Notes: generated by a model from the sequence alone, not told the origin. DNA of 64,000 bases from Nitrospirota bacterium (GCA_963845065.1 CAWJQQ010000002.1:480001-544000), one strand, 5' to 3'. Counted from the stretch's first letter, positions 20,211-32,368 are shown. Made by a program: numbers and translations.

Positions 20211-23200
20211 TCGAATCATCAGCATCTGCCTTCGCAAGCGGTTCGTTGCAATTATGGTGGCAATCCTGCTCGCGGTTTTCGGCTATTATTCGTGGACAAG
20301 AATGTCAGTCGAGGCGTATCCGGAAATCGGCGATGTTACCGCACAGGTTGTCACCCAGGTGCCCGGGCTCGCATCCGAAGAAGTGGAGCAGCAGATCACA
20401 ATCCCGCTAGAGCGTGCGCTGGCCGGCACTCCCGGTCTTGATTCCATGCGTTCAAGCAGTACGTTCGGTCTCTCTCTTATTACACTGGTGTTCCGCGACG
20501 GTGCCGAAGACTACTGGTCGCGTCAACGCATCATGGACCGCATTAACCAGGTCAGCCTTCCTGCCGGCATCCAGCCGGGCCTCGATCCGGTAACAGGCGC
20601 GGTTGGTGAAATCTACCGCTATACGCTGGAGTCTGACACCAAGAACCTGATGGAGCTTTCGGAAATCCAGCGCTGGATCGTTATCCCGGCACTGGAGCAG
20701 GTGCCTGGCGTGGTCAATGTTGACAACTTCGGCGGTTTCAGCATGCAGTATCAAGTTGAACTCGATCCTGCCCAGCTACAGCGTTATGGCATCGGCCTCA
20801 ATGATGTGGTTACGGCGATCGACAACAACAGTTCGAATGCCGGCGGCAGCCGCATCTCGCGTGGCGAGCAGGGCTATGTTATCCGCGGCATCGGCATGGT
20901 ACGTACCCTGGGGGATCTTGGCAATATCGTTGTCACTCAGCGAAACGGCGTCCCAATTCTGGTGCGTGATCTCGGCAGGACGACGTACAGCCATCAGGAA
21001 CGCGAGGGCATCCTCGGCAAGGACAGCAATCCGGACACCATAGAAGGCATCGTGGACCTGCTCAAATATCAAAATCCATCGGAAGTCCTGAAAGGCATCC
21101 ATGCCAAGGTTGCGGAACTGAGCAAACAACTCGGACCTGTGGACGTGCGCATCGTTCCCTACATCGACAGAGACGACTTGGTACAGGAGACGATACACAA
21201 GGTCTCGCATACCGTCCTTGAAGGCATCGGGCTGGTGTGTATTGTGCTGATTCTGTTCCTCGGCAGCCCGCGCAGCGCCTTGATCGCAGCGGTTACCATC
21301 CCCTTCGCCCTGGTGGTCATCTTTATCGTAATGCATTTAACAAAGATGCCTGCCAACCTGTTCTCGCTTGGTGCTATCGATTTCGGCATTATCGTGGATG
21401 GCGCTATCGTAGTGACCGAGGCCATGCTGCGAAGGCGGGAAGCCGACCCCTCCGCTATCCTGAGCGAGCATGATGTGTTTAACACAACGACACAGGTGTC
21501 GCGGCCAATTTTCTTTGCCACACTCATCATCATCACAGCCTACCTGCCGCTGTTTTCGTTCGAGCGGGCAGAAGCCAAGCTGTTCTTGCCAATGGCTTAT
21601 ACTGTGGTTTATGCCTTGTTCGGCGCACTCCTGTGTACCTTTACCCTGATTCCCACCCTCACTTATATGGCCTTTCGCAAACCCCGTCGAGCCTTCCACA
21701 ACCGGCCGCTTCAATGGCTGCAGAACGGCTTCCGCCGGACACTAGAGCTGATGCTGGCCATGCCGAAAATTGCTTATATGATTGGTGTTGCAGCGCTTAT
21801 AGCCGTAATCGGGCTGGGCATGACCACCGGCCGGGAATTCCTGCCCGAACTGGATGAGGGCGCCTTGTGGCTTCAAGTGCAATTGCCGACCGGCCTGTCG
21901 CTCGACAAGGCGAGCGAGATGGCGGGGGAACTGCGGCGCACACTGCTCGAATTTCCCGAAGTATCTTACGCCATCACCCAGCTCGGACGCAGTGATGACG
22001 GAACTGACCCGTGGACGCCCTCCCACATCGAAGCGCCCGTCGGTCTGAAACCATACAATACATGGCCCAAGGGGGAGACCAGGCCGGAGTTTCTGCGAAA
22101 ACTTAACGCCCGCTTTCAACAGCTGCCGGGGTTCCAGATCGGAATTAGCCAGCCAATCATCGATATGGTCTACGATGCGATCGGTGGCGCGCACAGCCCG
22201 CTGGTCATCCGCATTTTCGGCAACGACCTCAATGAGTTGCGCCGCATCGGCGGCGAGATCGTTGACGTACTGCACGGCATCCGGGGCACGGCGGACGCCT
22301 CTATCTTTCAGGAACCTCCGATTCCCCAGATCGCCATTAACATCAACCGCGAAGCGGCTGCCCGCTACGGTATCAACGTATCGGATATTACAAACCTGAT
22401 CCAGACCGGGGTTGGCGGCGCGCCGGTCAGCACGGTCTATGTGGCAGACCGGACGTACAACGTTACCGTGCGGTTTCCAAAAAAAACCCGCAACAATCCT
22501 GAGGCTCTTGGAAAGTTGGATCTGACCACCTCCAGTGGTGCACAAATCCCGCTTTCTGAGGTTGCCCAGATCAAGCTGCAAACCGGCGAAAGCAACATCA
22601 CGCACGAGATGGGCCACCGCGTACTGCTCGTACGAATCGACAATCGGGATCGCGCCCTATCCGATTACCTGGCGGAGGCACAGCGCAAGATCGGCCAGTC
22701 AGTGAGCTTCGACCACAGCAAATATCGCCTTGAATGGGGCGGTGCAGTTCGAGAACCAGCAACGCGCTCAAGCCCGATTAACGTTGATCATGGGCATCGT
22801 GCTAGCGCTCATGACCGTCTTCCTGTTTGCCGAATTCGGCAAGATGCGTCAGACGGTGTTGATCCTCGGGGTGGTGCCGCTGGCGACCCTGGGGGGTCTG
22901 ATCTCGCTCCACCTCACTGGCGAGACGCTGAATGTCGCCAGCGCCGTTGGCTTCATCGCTCTATTCGGCGTGGCCGTGCAAAACGGCATCATTATGATCT
23001 CCAACATCAACCGGGTGCGCGAGCAGGGCGTGGCACTGCGCGAGGCCGTCCTGTCCGGTGCGGTTGAGCGTTTCAGGCCGGTGCTCATGACCGCCACTGT
23101 GGCGAGCTTGGGTATGCTGCCCGCGGCATTGGCCACCGGCATCGGCACCGATGTGCAGCGCGCCCTCGCCACCGTGGTAGTGGGCGGTCTGGGTCTTGCC

Positions 23201-23323
23201 ACCCTGCTCACGCTATTTATTCTGCCGACCTACTACTTCGCCCTGGAAAGATGGGTGGAATTTCGTCAAACCACAAAGCCCGAGGCGCTGGGAGAGGAGG
23301 AACGATCATGTATAGATCAATAA
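20203..23323 (+). pseudogene. CzcA/CusA-family heavy-metal RND pump with +1 frameshift near 22744
   Basis: EAYP, GAIDFGIIVDG, EFLPELDEG; reads EWGG then QFENQQRA in another frame; RFRPVLMTA in 22730-23323 ORF; could be sequencing error. Confidence 0.85.
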
Positions 23324-24776
23324 TCAATCTTATGTATTTTCTTGGCCGGATGTGCTGTTGGGCTCGGATTTCCAGCGCCCCGTCGCGCCAAATGTTGATC
23401 GCTACACGCAGCAGCCACTGCCTGCGCTAACGGCATCGGTCGACGTCAAGGGCGGCGAGGCTCAACGCTTCATGCAGGGCATGGACATACTCGGTCAATG
23501 GTGGACGCTGTTTCATTCGAAACCGCTCAACGACCTGATTGAGCAAGCTCTCAAGGTCAACCCTGACCTCGAAGCCGCTCAAGCTGCACTGCGAGGCGCC
23601 TGGGAAAACGTCTATGCACAGCAGGGTGCATTCTTTCCCAGTGTAGATGCCAGCTTCAATTCAACGCGTCAACAGACCGCTGGAATCTTGTCCAGTCCTT
23701 TGGCAAACGGCAATAACATCTATAGCCTTCATACCGCGCAGGTTGCTCTGACCTATGCACCGGATGTGTTCGGTGGCATACGACGTGAGGTGGAATCGCT
23801 GAAAGCGCAAGCCGACTCGCAACGCTTTCAGCTCGAGGCAGCTTACCTAACACTGACCTCCAATGTGGTCGCCGCAGCGGTAGAAGAGGCGGCTTTGCGC
23901 GGACAGATCGAGGCAACTGAGAAGATCATCGAGTTTCAGGGCAAATCTCTTAACTTGCTGAAACGTCAGTATGAGCTTGGTCAGATTGCAACTTTAGGCG
24001 TAATTGCGCAAGAAGCGGCGCTGGCACAAACGCAGGCCATGCTGCCACCACTGGAAAAACAGTTGGCGCAACAACGCGACTTGTTGGCCCGTCTTGCCGG
24101 CCGCTTCCCCAGCGAGACACCCGCTGAGAAATTCGAACTCTCATCGCTGCAACTGCCGCAAGAACTTCCCGTGAGCCTTCCCTCCACGCTCGTGGCACAG
24201 CGACCGGACGTGCGCTTCGCCGAAGAGCAATTGCACGCAGCCAGTGCAGAGATCGGTGTCAACATCGCTAACCGGCTGCCGAACATTACCCTGAGCGCCA
24301 ATTTGGGTTCCAGCGCAACCGCGATCAGTCAGTTGTTCACTTCCAGCACCGGCTTCTGGGCTTTGGCCGCAAATCTGACGCAGCCAATTTTCCAGGGGGG
24401 CACATTGCTGCATCGGCAGCGTGCCGCTGAAGCGGCCTACGACCAGGCGGCAGCGGAATATCGCAGCGCCGTGCTTACTGCCTTCCAGAACGTGGCCGAC
24501 ACGCTGCATGCCATCCAATGCGACGCAGATGCCCTGAAAACGTCCTTTGCCGCCGAGAGCGCTGCCGCCAGAAGTCTCACCATCGCGCAGAAGCAGTTAG
24601 AACTGGGCGATGTTAGTTATTTAGAACTGCTTAATGCCGAACAGACATATCAGCTGGCGAAGATTAATCTCGTGCAGACTCTCGCCAGCCGTTATGCCGA
24701 TACCGCGGCGCTGTTCCAGGCGCTGGGCGGCGGCTGGTGGAACCGGTCTGATGTCTTCTCCAAAATTGATCACTGA
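23308..24776 (+). pseudogene. NodT/OprM-family outer-membrane efflux factor, N-terminus frameshifted
   Basis: WWTLF, LVAQRPDV, LFQALGGGWW; start ATG 23308, lipobox LAGC and main body lie in three different frames. Confidence 0.8.
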
Positions 24777-25429
24777 CCACTCCCAAGGTTACTAAGAGGC
24801 TACAAATGTTGCACTCATCTCCGAGCATGCGTTGAAATACGATACCAACGTGCTGGATGTGAAGCCAACAGTTTATCGCATGTACGCTTATTCACTTTTG
24901 GATCTGTCAAAGGCACAATAACGGCTAACGATGTCCTGCAAACCTAGCCAACTGGCTACTGCCACCGTGTTGATGCAATTAAGTGTGGGCATTAGCCGGA
25001 GCATTGATCCGCAGAACAATGGCAAATTACCCTTCACACAGAGTGAATGCTCCCGCAACCAAATATTGTTTGGGGTTTCCAAGAAGGTGGTCCCTTATCA
25101 GGGATAGCCAACCGTTTGGAAGATGCAGTGTCACTTATGAGACTTTCCTCTCGCAAACTCGGTTGTGATTTACATGTTGTACGTATCGTTCTAAGATACC
25201 ATCTTAGAGCCCATGTTAAATCACAGATCAGTCATGTTGCGATATGGGAATCAGTTTTACGATACCAACCAAATTCTGGTGCCTACTCTATACTGAATGT
25301 CAAAGAACTGATTCCTATTTTAGCAAATTGTTACTGGTTGTCAGGTGTTCAGTTGCTGATAGATAGCAATAGACCAATGCATCCCCGACCAAAACGTAGT
25401 TTGGTGGGATCTTCTTGGCGAGGCACGAT

Positions 25430-25461
25430 AAAAAAGGTTGGATAGAAGCCTCTATCCAACC
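25430..25461 (-). terminator. Rho-independent terminator after ntrC
   Basis: GGTTGGATAGA/TCTATCCAACC stem with T-run on minus strand. Confidence 0.75.
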
Positions 25462-25511
25462 GTCAGATAATGAACTTGATGAAAGTGCGACATGGTTAAT
25501 TAGTGTGGAAA

Positions 25512-26957
25512 TTATTCTTCTTCCACTTCTTCTTCATCGGTAAACGGACCTTTTATCCCTAGTTCTTTTATCTTTTTTCTAAGCGTGTTACGATTGATGC
25601 CAAGCAGATGCGCAGCACGGACCTGGTTGCCTTCGGTCTTCCGAAGCACGAGCGAGATAAGAGGCTTTTCCACGCGGTGGAGCACCATGGTATAAATGTC
25701 TCCGCGCTCGAGCCCGCCCATGCGTTCCACAAGGTCAGCGAGCTTTTCTTCGAGGAAATTCTCGAAGGAGAGGTGAGCCCCTTGACCCGGTTTGAATATC
25801 TGTGGTGGCAGTGCGTCAGGGAAGATCTTATCTCCCTGAGATAGAGTTATTGCGCGTTGGACTGCATTTTCAAGCTCCCGCACGTTACCCGGCCAATCAT
25901 AAGCTCTCAGTATTTTGAGCGTTTCCGGAGTTAGAATCTTCTTTTTTGCGTCGTTTCCCTGGTATTTTTGCATAAAGAACTCGGCGAGCGGTATGATATC
26001 GTCCTTGCGTTTTCTGAGCGGCGGGATATTGATCTGAATGACATTTAAGCGGTAGAATAGATCCTCGCGGAAACGCTTCTCGCGCACCATCTTCTCGAGG
26101 TTGTGATGCGTGGCGGCAAGCACGCGCACATCGGTCTTGATAGGTTCCGTTCCGCCGACCCGTTCGAACTCCTTTTCCTGCAGTACGCGCAATAGCTTGC
26201 CCTGGAGCGGCAGATCCATGTCCCCGATCTCGTCGAGAAATAATGTTCCACCAGCAGCGGCCTCGAATTTCCCGATCTTACGTCCGGTTGCGCCGGTAAA
26301 AGCGCCCTTCTCATGCCCAAAAAGTTCGCTCTCCAGCAACTCTGACGGAATGGCTACTGAGTTCACTGCTACAAAAGGCCGTCCTGCGCGTTTGCTATGG
26401 TAGTGGATTGCGCGCGCAACGAGTTCTTTTCCGGTGCCGCTCTCGCCGTGGATCAAGACCGTGGCGTCGCTTTCCGCTACGCGACCGATAGTCTTATAAA
26501 TCTCCTGCATAGCGACAGTGTTTCCAACAAGCCCACCCTCGTACTTTTCCCGCACCTCGGCGCGGAGCACGTTTACTTCCTCTGAAAGCCGCCTGACGTC
26601 TATGGCCTTGCGGATGAGGATGTTTACTTCGTCGAGGTCGAAAGGTTTGGTAATATAATCGAAAGCTCCACGCCGCATCGCCTCAATAGCGTTCTGCATC
26701 GTAGCCTGGGCCGTCATGATGATAACCGATGGACCCTTCCCTTCAGTTTGGATCTTATCGAGCGCCTCTAACCCGCCCATCCCGGGCATTCGGATATCCA
26801 TGAGCACGATCGCAATGTCGTCTTCCTTGAGCCGACTAAGCGCTTCGGCTCCGTCTTTCGCAAGAATCGTCTCGAGGCCCGTTTTTTCGAGCGACTTTTT
26901 AAGTACCCAGCGGACGCTTTCGTCGTCATCTACTATGAGTATTTTTTCATTGCCCAT
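25512..26957 (-). CDS. ntrC: Sigma54-dependent response regulator NtrC
   Basis: Receiver, GESGTGKE, GAFTGA, Fis HTH GINRNTLRKK; next to ntrB and amtB. Confidence 0.85.
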   Translation of the reverse strand: MGNEKILIVDDDESVRWVLKKSLEKTGLETILAKDGAEALSRLKEDDIAIVLMDIRMPGMGGLEALDKIQTEGKGPSVIIMTAQATMQNAIEAMRRGAFDYITKPFDLDEVNILIRKAIDVRRLSEEVNVLRAEVREKYEGGLVGNTVAMQEIYKTIGRVAESDATVLIHGESGTGKELVARAIHYHSKRAGRPFVAVNSVAIPSELLESELFGHEKGAFTGATGRKIGKFEAAAGGTLFLDEIGDMDLPLQGKLLRVLQEKEFERVGGTEPIKTDVRVLAATHHNLEKMVREKRFREDLFYRLNVIQINIPPLRKRKDDIIPLAEFFMQKYQGNDAKKKILTPETLKILRAYDWPGNVRELENAVQRAITLSQGDKIFPDALPPQIFKPGQGAHLSFENFLEEKLADLVERMGGLERGDIYTMVLHRVEKPLISLVLRKTEGNQVRAAHLLGINRNTLRKKIKELGIKGPFTDEEEVEEE

Positions 26958-27067
26958 GATTTCACCTAATCCACGATTCAATCCCTGCAGCCTCTCCCCT
27001 CAATGGAAAGGAATAAGAGAACCGCCGTTCTCAATCCACACCCCCACATTCGATAATCCCACTGATA

Positions 27068-28186
27068 TCATCCTGCCAGCGGCAAATAGACGCTGAACGT
27101 CGTTCCTTCGTTATCTTGGCTCTCCACTCGAATCGTACCGAGATGTTCCTGTACGATCTGGTACGAGAGCGCCAATCCCAACCCCACGCCTCTGTCCTTG
27201 GTCGTAAAGAAGGGGGTGAAAATTTCCTGCAAGTGCTCCTGTTTAATGCCGTGGCCCGAATCGCTTACCTTCACGACCATAAGCTGGTATTTCTTCCCAT
27301 CTGATTGCACGGTGGTGAACAGGTCCGACATCCTAGTCACAACCGTCAGCTTCCCACCCTGTGGCATGGCCTCGATGGCGTTCTTGATGATGTTCAAAAA
27401 TACCTGTATAAGCTGTTCGTCGCTGCCATAAACATCTGGCAGGCTCGGGTCATAGATGCGAGCGAGAACAACGCCCCGTTGCCTTGCACTTTCTTCGTTC
27501 AATAGAAGCACCCGGTCTAGGACGCTGTGAATATTCGAGGCCTTCATTTCGCGTGGCTTAATCCGCGTAAAATCGAGGATTCCTTCGAGCACCTTGTTCA
27601 AGCGATCCGATTCCTTCAAGATTACATCAAGGTACTCCATCAGGCTTTTCAAAGACCCCGTAGCGGCATCTTTGCCGGCCTGGAGTTCGGACTTCATAAG
27701 CTGCGCCGCGCCGCGGATTCCCACGAGAGGATTTTTTACTTCGTGCGCGATTCCGGCGGCAATCATGCCGAGCGTGGCAAGACGGTCGGCCCGCCGCATA
27801 CGCTCCTTGAGGTCCCGAACACCCGTCTGGTCGCGAATCGTAAGGATCACACCGGTGGGGAGGCCTCCATTATCCGTCAGCATGCTCGTGACGATCCCGA
27901 CAGGATGGGGTGGTCCATGCTTTACGGCAATCTCCGCTTCGTAGTCCGAATAGGATCTCCCGGAAGAAACTGTCTTCTCGATCTGGCTTACCACAGCTGG
28001 GGTATCGGATAAGACTGCCCGGATGTTCTTTCCAATAGCATCAGCCGCCGGGATTTCGGTCATCTCCTCGGCCGCGCGGTTCCAGATCCGCACGCGTCCT
28101 TCAACATCGGTAACAGCTACGCCATCGATGAGTCCGGTAAGAATATCAGCGGTAATATCTTTCATGCGTGATGCAGGCGACTTCAT
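27068..28186 (-). CDS. ntrB: PAS histidine kinase NtrB
   Basis: PAS, AHEVKNPL, YDPSLP, QVFLNIIKNA, PFFTTK. Confidence 0.85.
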   Translation of the reverse strand: MKSPASRMKDITADILTGLIDGVAVTDVEGRVRIWNRAAEEMTEIPAADAIGKNIRAVLSDTPAVVSQIEKTVSSGRSYSDYEAEIAVKHGPPHPVGIVTSMLTDNGGLPTGVILTIRDQTGVRDLKERMRRADRLATLGMIAAGIAHEVKNPLVGIRGAAQLMKSELQAGKDAATGSLKSLMEYLDVILKESDRLNKVLEGILDFTRIKPREMKASNIHSVLDRVLLLNEESARQRGVVLARIYDPSLPDVYGSDEQLIQVFLNIIKNAIEAMPQGGKLTVVTRMSDLFTTVQSDGKKYQLMVVKVSDSGHGIKQEHLQEIFTPFFTTKDRGVGLGLALSYQIVQEHLGTIRVESQDNEGTTFSVYLPLAG

Positions 28187-28332
28187 AATTCATTGATAGC
28201 ACAATATATTTGAGTATTCAAGAAAATTCATGTATAGTACGTTCCAAATTAGGAATGACGAATGCAGCGTTCAGAGAAGTGACAAATCCGCGCACGGTCG
28301 CATCTCTCGCATTGTCAAGTCCGCATTCGGCT

Positions 28333-29196
28333 ATGCTCAACCTCCGCCTCGTATTCGTTGCCTTAGTCTGGGGCATCAACTTCTCCGCCATCAAGTTTGC
28401 CATCGCGAATTTCCATCCTCTTGGCTTCACCGTAATTCGCTTCGCACTTGCAGCGTTATTTCTGATCGTCGTTATGCTCGCAAACCATGAATCGTTTGCG
28501 ATCGCACGTCGGGACAGCCTCGCCATCATCCGGCTCGGATTCCTCGGAATCACTCTGTACAACATCCTATTTATGTATGGCCTGAAGCTCACCACGGCCG
28601 CAAATTCAGCGCTTCTCATTTCGCTGTCGCCTTTATTCGGGGCGCTTATCAGCGCCGCTTCCGGCAAAGAGCCCATCACTGTCCGCATCGGCGCCGGCCT
28701 CGCGCTGTCGACGGCGGGCGTCGTACTCATCATCAGGAGCCATCATGGCGAATTGAGCTTTGCATCATCGGACGTTGCCGGGGATCTCCTAACGCTCTGC
28801 GCGACGCTCACTTGGGCACTCTACACCATCACAGCTAAACCCTTGCTCGAAAAATACTCCGCTGTCAAAATCACCGCCTACAGTTTCGCTGTTGGAAGCT
28901 TTCTGCTCCTGCCCGTAAGCTTGAACGGTCTTATTCACCAACCCTGGTCCTCGATTACCGCATTGTCGTGGGCTGCCATGGCCTTTGCATCATTCATAGC
29001 GGCAGGCGTTGCTTACGTTTTTTGGTACCAGGGAGTGAAAGATATCGGAGTCACCCGCACAATGGTCTATCATTACATTATGCCTTTCGCCGCGTTGCTC
29101 TTCGCTTACTTTGCACTGGGCGAGCAAATCACCATCTTCCAGTACATCGGAGGTGCGGGAATTCTTTCAGGTGTTTATCTGGTGCAAAACAAGTAA
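28333..29196 (+). CDS. DMT/EamA family transporter
   Basis: WGINF, about 10 TM segments, GEQIT. Confidence 0.88.
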   Translation: MLNLRLVFVALVWGINFSAIKFAIANFHPLGFTVIRFALAALFLIVVMLANHESFAIARRDSLAIIRLGFLGITLYNILFMYGLKLTTAANSALLISLSPLFGALISAASGKEPITVRIGAGLALSTAGVVLIIRSHHGELSFASSDVAGDLLTLCATLTWALYTITAKPLLEKYSAVKITAYSFAVGSFLLLPVSLNGLIHQPWSSITALSWAAMAFASFIAAGVAYVFWYQGVKDIGVTRTMVYHYIMPFAALLFAYFALGEQITIFQYIGGAGILSGVYLVQNK

Positions 29197-29287
29197 CCAT
29201 GATCCGGCCCGGAAGAACGTGGAACCGGTGACGCTTGCACCCTGTCCTCTGATTCACCGATTCCCACAACGTTTCCTCTTTCATGAA

Positions 29288-30637
29288 CTACAAAGCGTAT
29301 CCCGCTTCACCATGCTGGCTGATATCAAGCCCTTCTGTCTCGTGGTCAGCTTGAACCCTCAGGCCTGTTGATGCATCTATCAATTTCAGAAGCACATAAC
29401 TCATACCGAACGAATAGAAAGCTACAAGCGCTACGGCCCCCCCCTGTACGAGCAATTGTTTCGCGTTGCCAAAAAAAGCGCCGTTCGCTCCTGCTGCATT
29501 TATTGCGACGGAAGCGAAGAGACCCACCGAAAGCGTTCCGAGTGCACCGCCGACGCCGTGCACACCAAAAGCATCAAGGGAATCATCATACCCAAACTTC
29601 GTCTTGGCATTAAGCGCGATGTAGCAGACAATACCTGCCGCGGTACCGATAAGCAAAGCACTCAGAGGACCCACGAACCCTGCTGCAGGCGTGATCGTCG
29701 CGAGTCCCGCAATGGAGCCTGTTGCTGCACCGAACATCGTCGGTTTACCGCGGTGGAACCATTCGGCAATGACCCACGTGATCGTGGCTGAGCAAGCCGC
29801 AAGATGGGTCGTCAAAAACGCCATGGTCGCTAGCGTCCCTGAAGATAGGGCGCTCCCGGCATTGAATCCGAACCAACCGAACCATAAAAGTCCGGCACCG
29901 AGCACAGTCATCGGCAGGTTATGGGGCGGCATGTGTTCATGTAGAAAGCCCTTTCGCTTTCCTATATAAAGTGCTGCCGCAAGAGCGGAAAAGCCCGATG
30001 TGGCATGTACGACGATGCCTCCGGCAAAATCGAGTACCCCGAGGTTCTTCAGCCATCCGCCGGCTCCCCAGACCCAGTGAGCCACTGGATCATAAACAAT
30101 CGTAGTCCAGACTAAGGTGAAGATAAGGAACGTGGAGAACTTTATTCGTTCAGCGACTGCACCGCTGATGAGCGCTGGCGTTATGACTGCAAACATCATT
30201 TGGTATGTCATGAACAGCAGATGAGGAATGGTCGGCGCATAATCCGCGTTCGGAGTAAGCCCAACGCCATTCAGCCCAGCCCAACTCAAGTTGCCAATCA
30301 CTCCTTTCACATCAGGACCGAACGACAGTGAGTATCCGCATAGGACCCACTGAAGGCTGACTAATGCGATGGCAATAAAGCTGTGCATAATCGTTCCCAA
30401 GACGTTTTTTTTACGGACCATACCGCCATAGAACATAGCTAGTCCCGGCGTCATCAGCATGACAAGTGCCGTTGAAATCAAGATCCACGTTGTGTCGCCG
30501 CTGTCTATTTTCCCCGCGGAAACTGCAGCAGCAGGTGAAACGGGAACCGCATTCTGTGCCATGGCTGCAAACGGTACGAATACCGCCAGTGAGAGCAGCA
30601 CGGCCAAAAACACTTTGTATAAACGTTTTTCTTCCAT
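29288..30637 (-). CDS. amtB: Ammonium transporter (copy 1)
   Basis: DFAGGIVVH, LLWFGWFGFNAGS, DDSLDAFGVHG. Confidence 0.96.
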   Translation of the reverse strand: MEEKRLYKVFLAVLLSLAVFVPFAAMAQNAVPVSPAAAVSAGKIDSGDTTWILISTALVMLMTPGLAMFYGGMVRKKNVLGTIMHSFIAIALVSLQWVLCGYSLSFGPDVKGVIGNLSWAGLNGVGLTPNADYAPTIPHLLFMTYQMMFAVITPALISGAVAERIKFSTFLIFTLVWTTIVYDPVAHWVWGAGGWLKNLGVLDFAGGIVVHATSGFSALAAALYIGKRKGFLHEHMPPHNLPMTVLGAGLLWFGWFGFNAGSALSSGTLATMAFLTTHLAACSATITWVIAEWFHRGKPTMFGAATGSIAGLATITPAAGFVGPLSALLIGTAAGIVCYIALNAKTKFGYDDSLDAFGVHGVGGALGTLSVGLFASVAINAAGANGAFFGNAKQLLVQGGAVALVAFYSFGMSYVLLKLIDASTGLRVQADHETEGLDISQHGEAGYAL

Positions 30638-31000
30638 TGAGCACTATCCTCCCATTAGATTTACAAACGGCATTTCAATTTTCAAAGAACAGAATTAACT
30701 ATTTGCACGGAGTAAACCGGTTTGGCGCAACGCTTGTGCAGATTGAAGATCTTAATAATGAAATTTGCCATCTTTTCGCAATCCAACTTGCTCTCATCAG
30801 TCCGTCAAGCTAAAGCGAAAAAAGGTCTCTTGAAGAGTTTTGCTACAGTAACGCCACCAGCGACACTTCATTTCTACGGATAAAAATGCCGCACAATACA
30901 CCTTTTGCAACTTGGCGTGTGGCATTTTCGCCTCACTTCCTTTTTAATAGCAGTGGATCTTTATTAAAATTATCATTTCACAAATGCCTATTGTTTAAAT

Positions 31001-31016
31001 AGCAAGGCCTGTGCCA
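31001..31016 (-). promoter_or_regulatory. Sigma54 promoter of amtB copy 1
   Basis: TGGCACAGGCCTTGCT = GG-N10-GC consensus. Confidence 0.8.
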
Positions 31017-31114
31017 CTCATTTTTTTTTTATAAACACATCAAGCCACTGATTTTATATATTTATCATTATTAAAAAAAAGGAATTATTATTATTTGTTA
31101 CGCCGTTCAGCTTA

Positions 31115-31148
31115 AATTTTAGGCACATGATTAATTAATGTGCATATA
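31115..31148. promoter_or_regulatory. Putative tandem NtrC enhancer
   Basis: AATTTTAGGCACATGATTAATTAATGTGCATATA, 29/34 identical to 38364-38397, about 100 bp from the -24 element. Confidence 0.65.
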
Positions 31149-31263
31149 AATTAGAAAATTATAAAGCTATTAATAAATGCACATTACAGAATCATCCTTT
31201 CAATAGAATATATTTCTCTATATCTTAGTGAGGAAGAAACAGCGCTCTATAAAACTGCTGATT

Positions 31264-31302
31264 GTAATAATTATTGACAAGTAATAATTATTATATTATA
31301 TT
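31264..31302 (+). promoter_or_regulatory. Sigma70 promoter overlapped by tandem Per/Fur-like boxes
   Basis: TTGACA-N17-TATATT; GTAATAATTATT repeated twice across the -35. Confidence 0.6.
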
Positions 31303-31325
31303 CGTTATAATTTAACTTTTAATTT

Positions 31326-31730
31326 ATGTCTTTTATCGCTAAATACCGTACCCTTGGATTTAAACTTACTCCTCAGCGAATTGCTATTCTAGATTTTTTG
31401 GACGGCAATGCGCGACACCCTTCCGCGGAAGATATCTATGGTGCGGTGTCTAAAAAATTCCCAACCCTCTCGCTCGCTACGGTGTATACAACACTTGCGG
31501 CGCTAAAGGTTTTGGGCAAGGTGCTCGAATTAACAATAGATCCTGACAAGAAGCGGTATGACTTGGAGATCGCGAAACATAACCATTTTATGTGCATTTC
31601 ATGCAAACAAATCATCGATATTCCTGCTACAAACCCTGTCGATTTTCCTAAGGCGACTAAGCAGGATTTCTCCATCATCGAAAGTCACGTTGAGTATTAC
31701 GGGCATTGCCCTGAATGTAAAAAAAAATGA
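31326..31730 (+). CDS. Fur-family regulator, PerR-like
   Basis: KLTPQR, HPSAEDIY, SLATVY, HNHFMCISC, GHCPEC; oxidative-stress neighbours. Confidence 0.9.
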   Translation: MSFIAKYRTLGFKLTPQRIAILDFLDGNARHPSAEDIYGAVSKKFPTLSLATVYTTLAALKVLGKVLELTIDPDKKRYDLEIAKHNHFMCISCKQIIDIPATNPVDFPKATKQDFSIIESHVEYYGHCPECKKK

Positions 31731-31752
31731 ATACCAATAAAGGAGGCTGTCA

Positions 31753-32205
31753 ATGTGTGTAGATCATAGTCTGAATTGTTCCTGTGGAAAAACCCATGCG
31801 AGCTTTCATTTTCGTGATGAAGTGCTGCCTTTCAAAGTCGTTACCAAGTTATACTGTCCTGACTGCTCACGTGAAGTGACTCATAATGCCGAGACCATGG
31901 TAGCCGACAATGGATGGTTAATAGAGTACGATATGGAAGTAGCTCGTTTTATGATGCAGAAAAATGCTCATGCTTCTTCCGTTACGCCAGAATTCTTGTT
32001 CGATGAGGGTTATTGCACATGGCGGGGAATGACCCCGACGGACCATATCGATTCTGTGAAGGAGCGCACAGTTCTGGTGCAGCTCGCCAAAACTGACCGA
32101 AAACGGTATTTCGAGGAAATCAAATCATGGGGGAACACCCGGATGGAACGTCTTGCTCGGGAAGGATGGAGGAAAGCAATTGAAAGAGAGCCTGCAGAAT
32201 TATAA
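31753..32205 (+). CDS. Hypothetical Cys-containing protein
   Basis: AAGGAGG RBS; CSC and CPDC motifs. Confidence 0.75.
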   Translation: MCVDHSLNCSCGKTHASFHFRDEVLPFKVVTKLYCPDCSREVTHNAETMVADNGWLIEYDMEVARFMMQKNAHASSVTPEFLFDEGYCTWRGMTPTDHIDSVKERTVLVQLAKTDRKRYFEEIKSWGNTRMERLAREGWRKAIEREPAEL

Positions 32206-32230
32206 AACAAAACGGTCTTCCAATGACTTC

Positions 32231-32365
32231 GTGGCAAAAAAAGTAGATATCCTTACTTCATGCCCTATATGCGGCGGTGAGGTTGAAATCTGGCCGGGAG
32301 GACAGGAGACAGTATGCATCTTCTGCCGGTACCACTTGTTCGAAAATGAAAAAACGGTCCATTAA
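32231..32365 (+). CDS. Small zinc-ribbon-like protein (about 44 aa)
   Basis: CPICGGEVEIW...CIFC; start uncertain. Confidence 0.5.
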   Translation: MAKKVDILTSCPICGGEVEIWPGGQETVCIFCRYHLFENEKTVH

Positions 32366-32368
32366 CGC

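Noticed and set aside
22736..22750. Programmed frameshift in the RND pump
   Set aside because: No slippery heptamer; the neighbouring gene is also broken, so mutation or error is likelier.
24780..25445. ORF 25047-25445 and repeated GATACCA words
   Set aside because: Irregular spacing, many stops, no recognisable domain; at most a heavily decayed gene.
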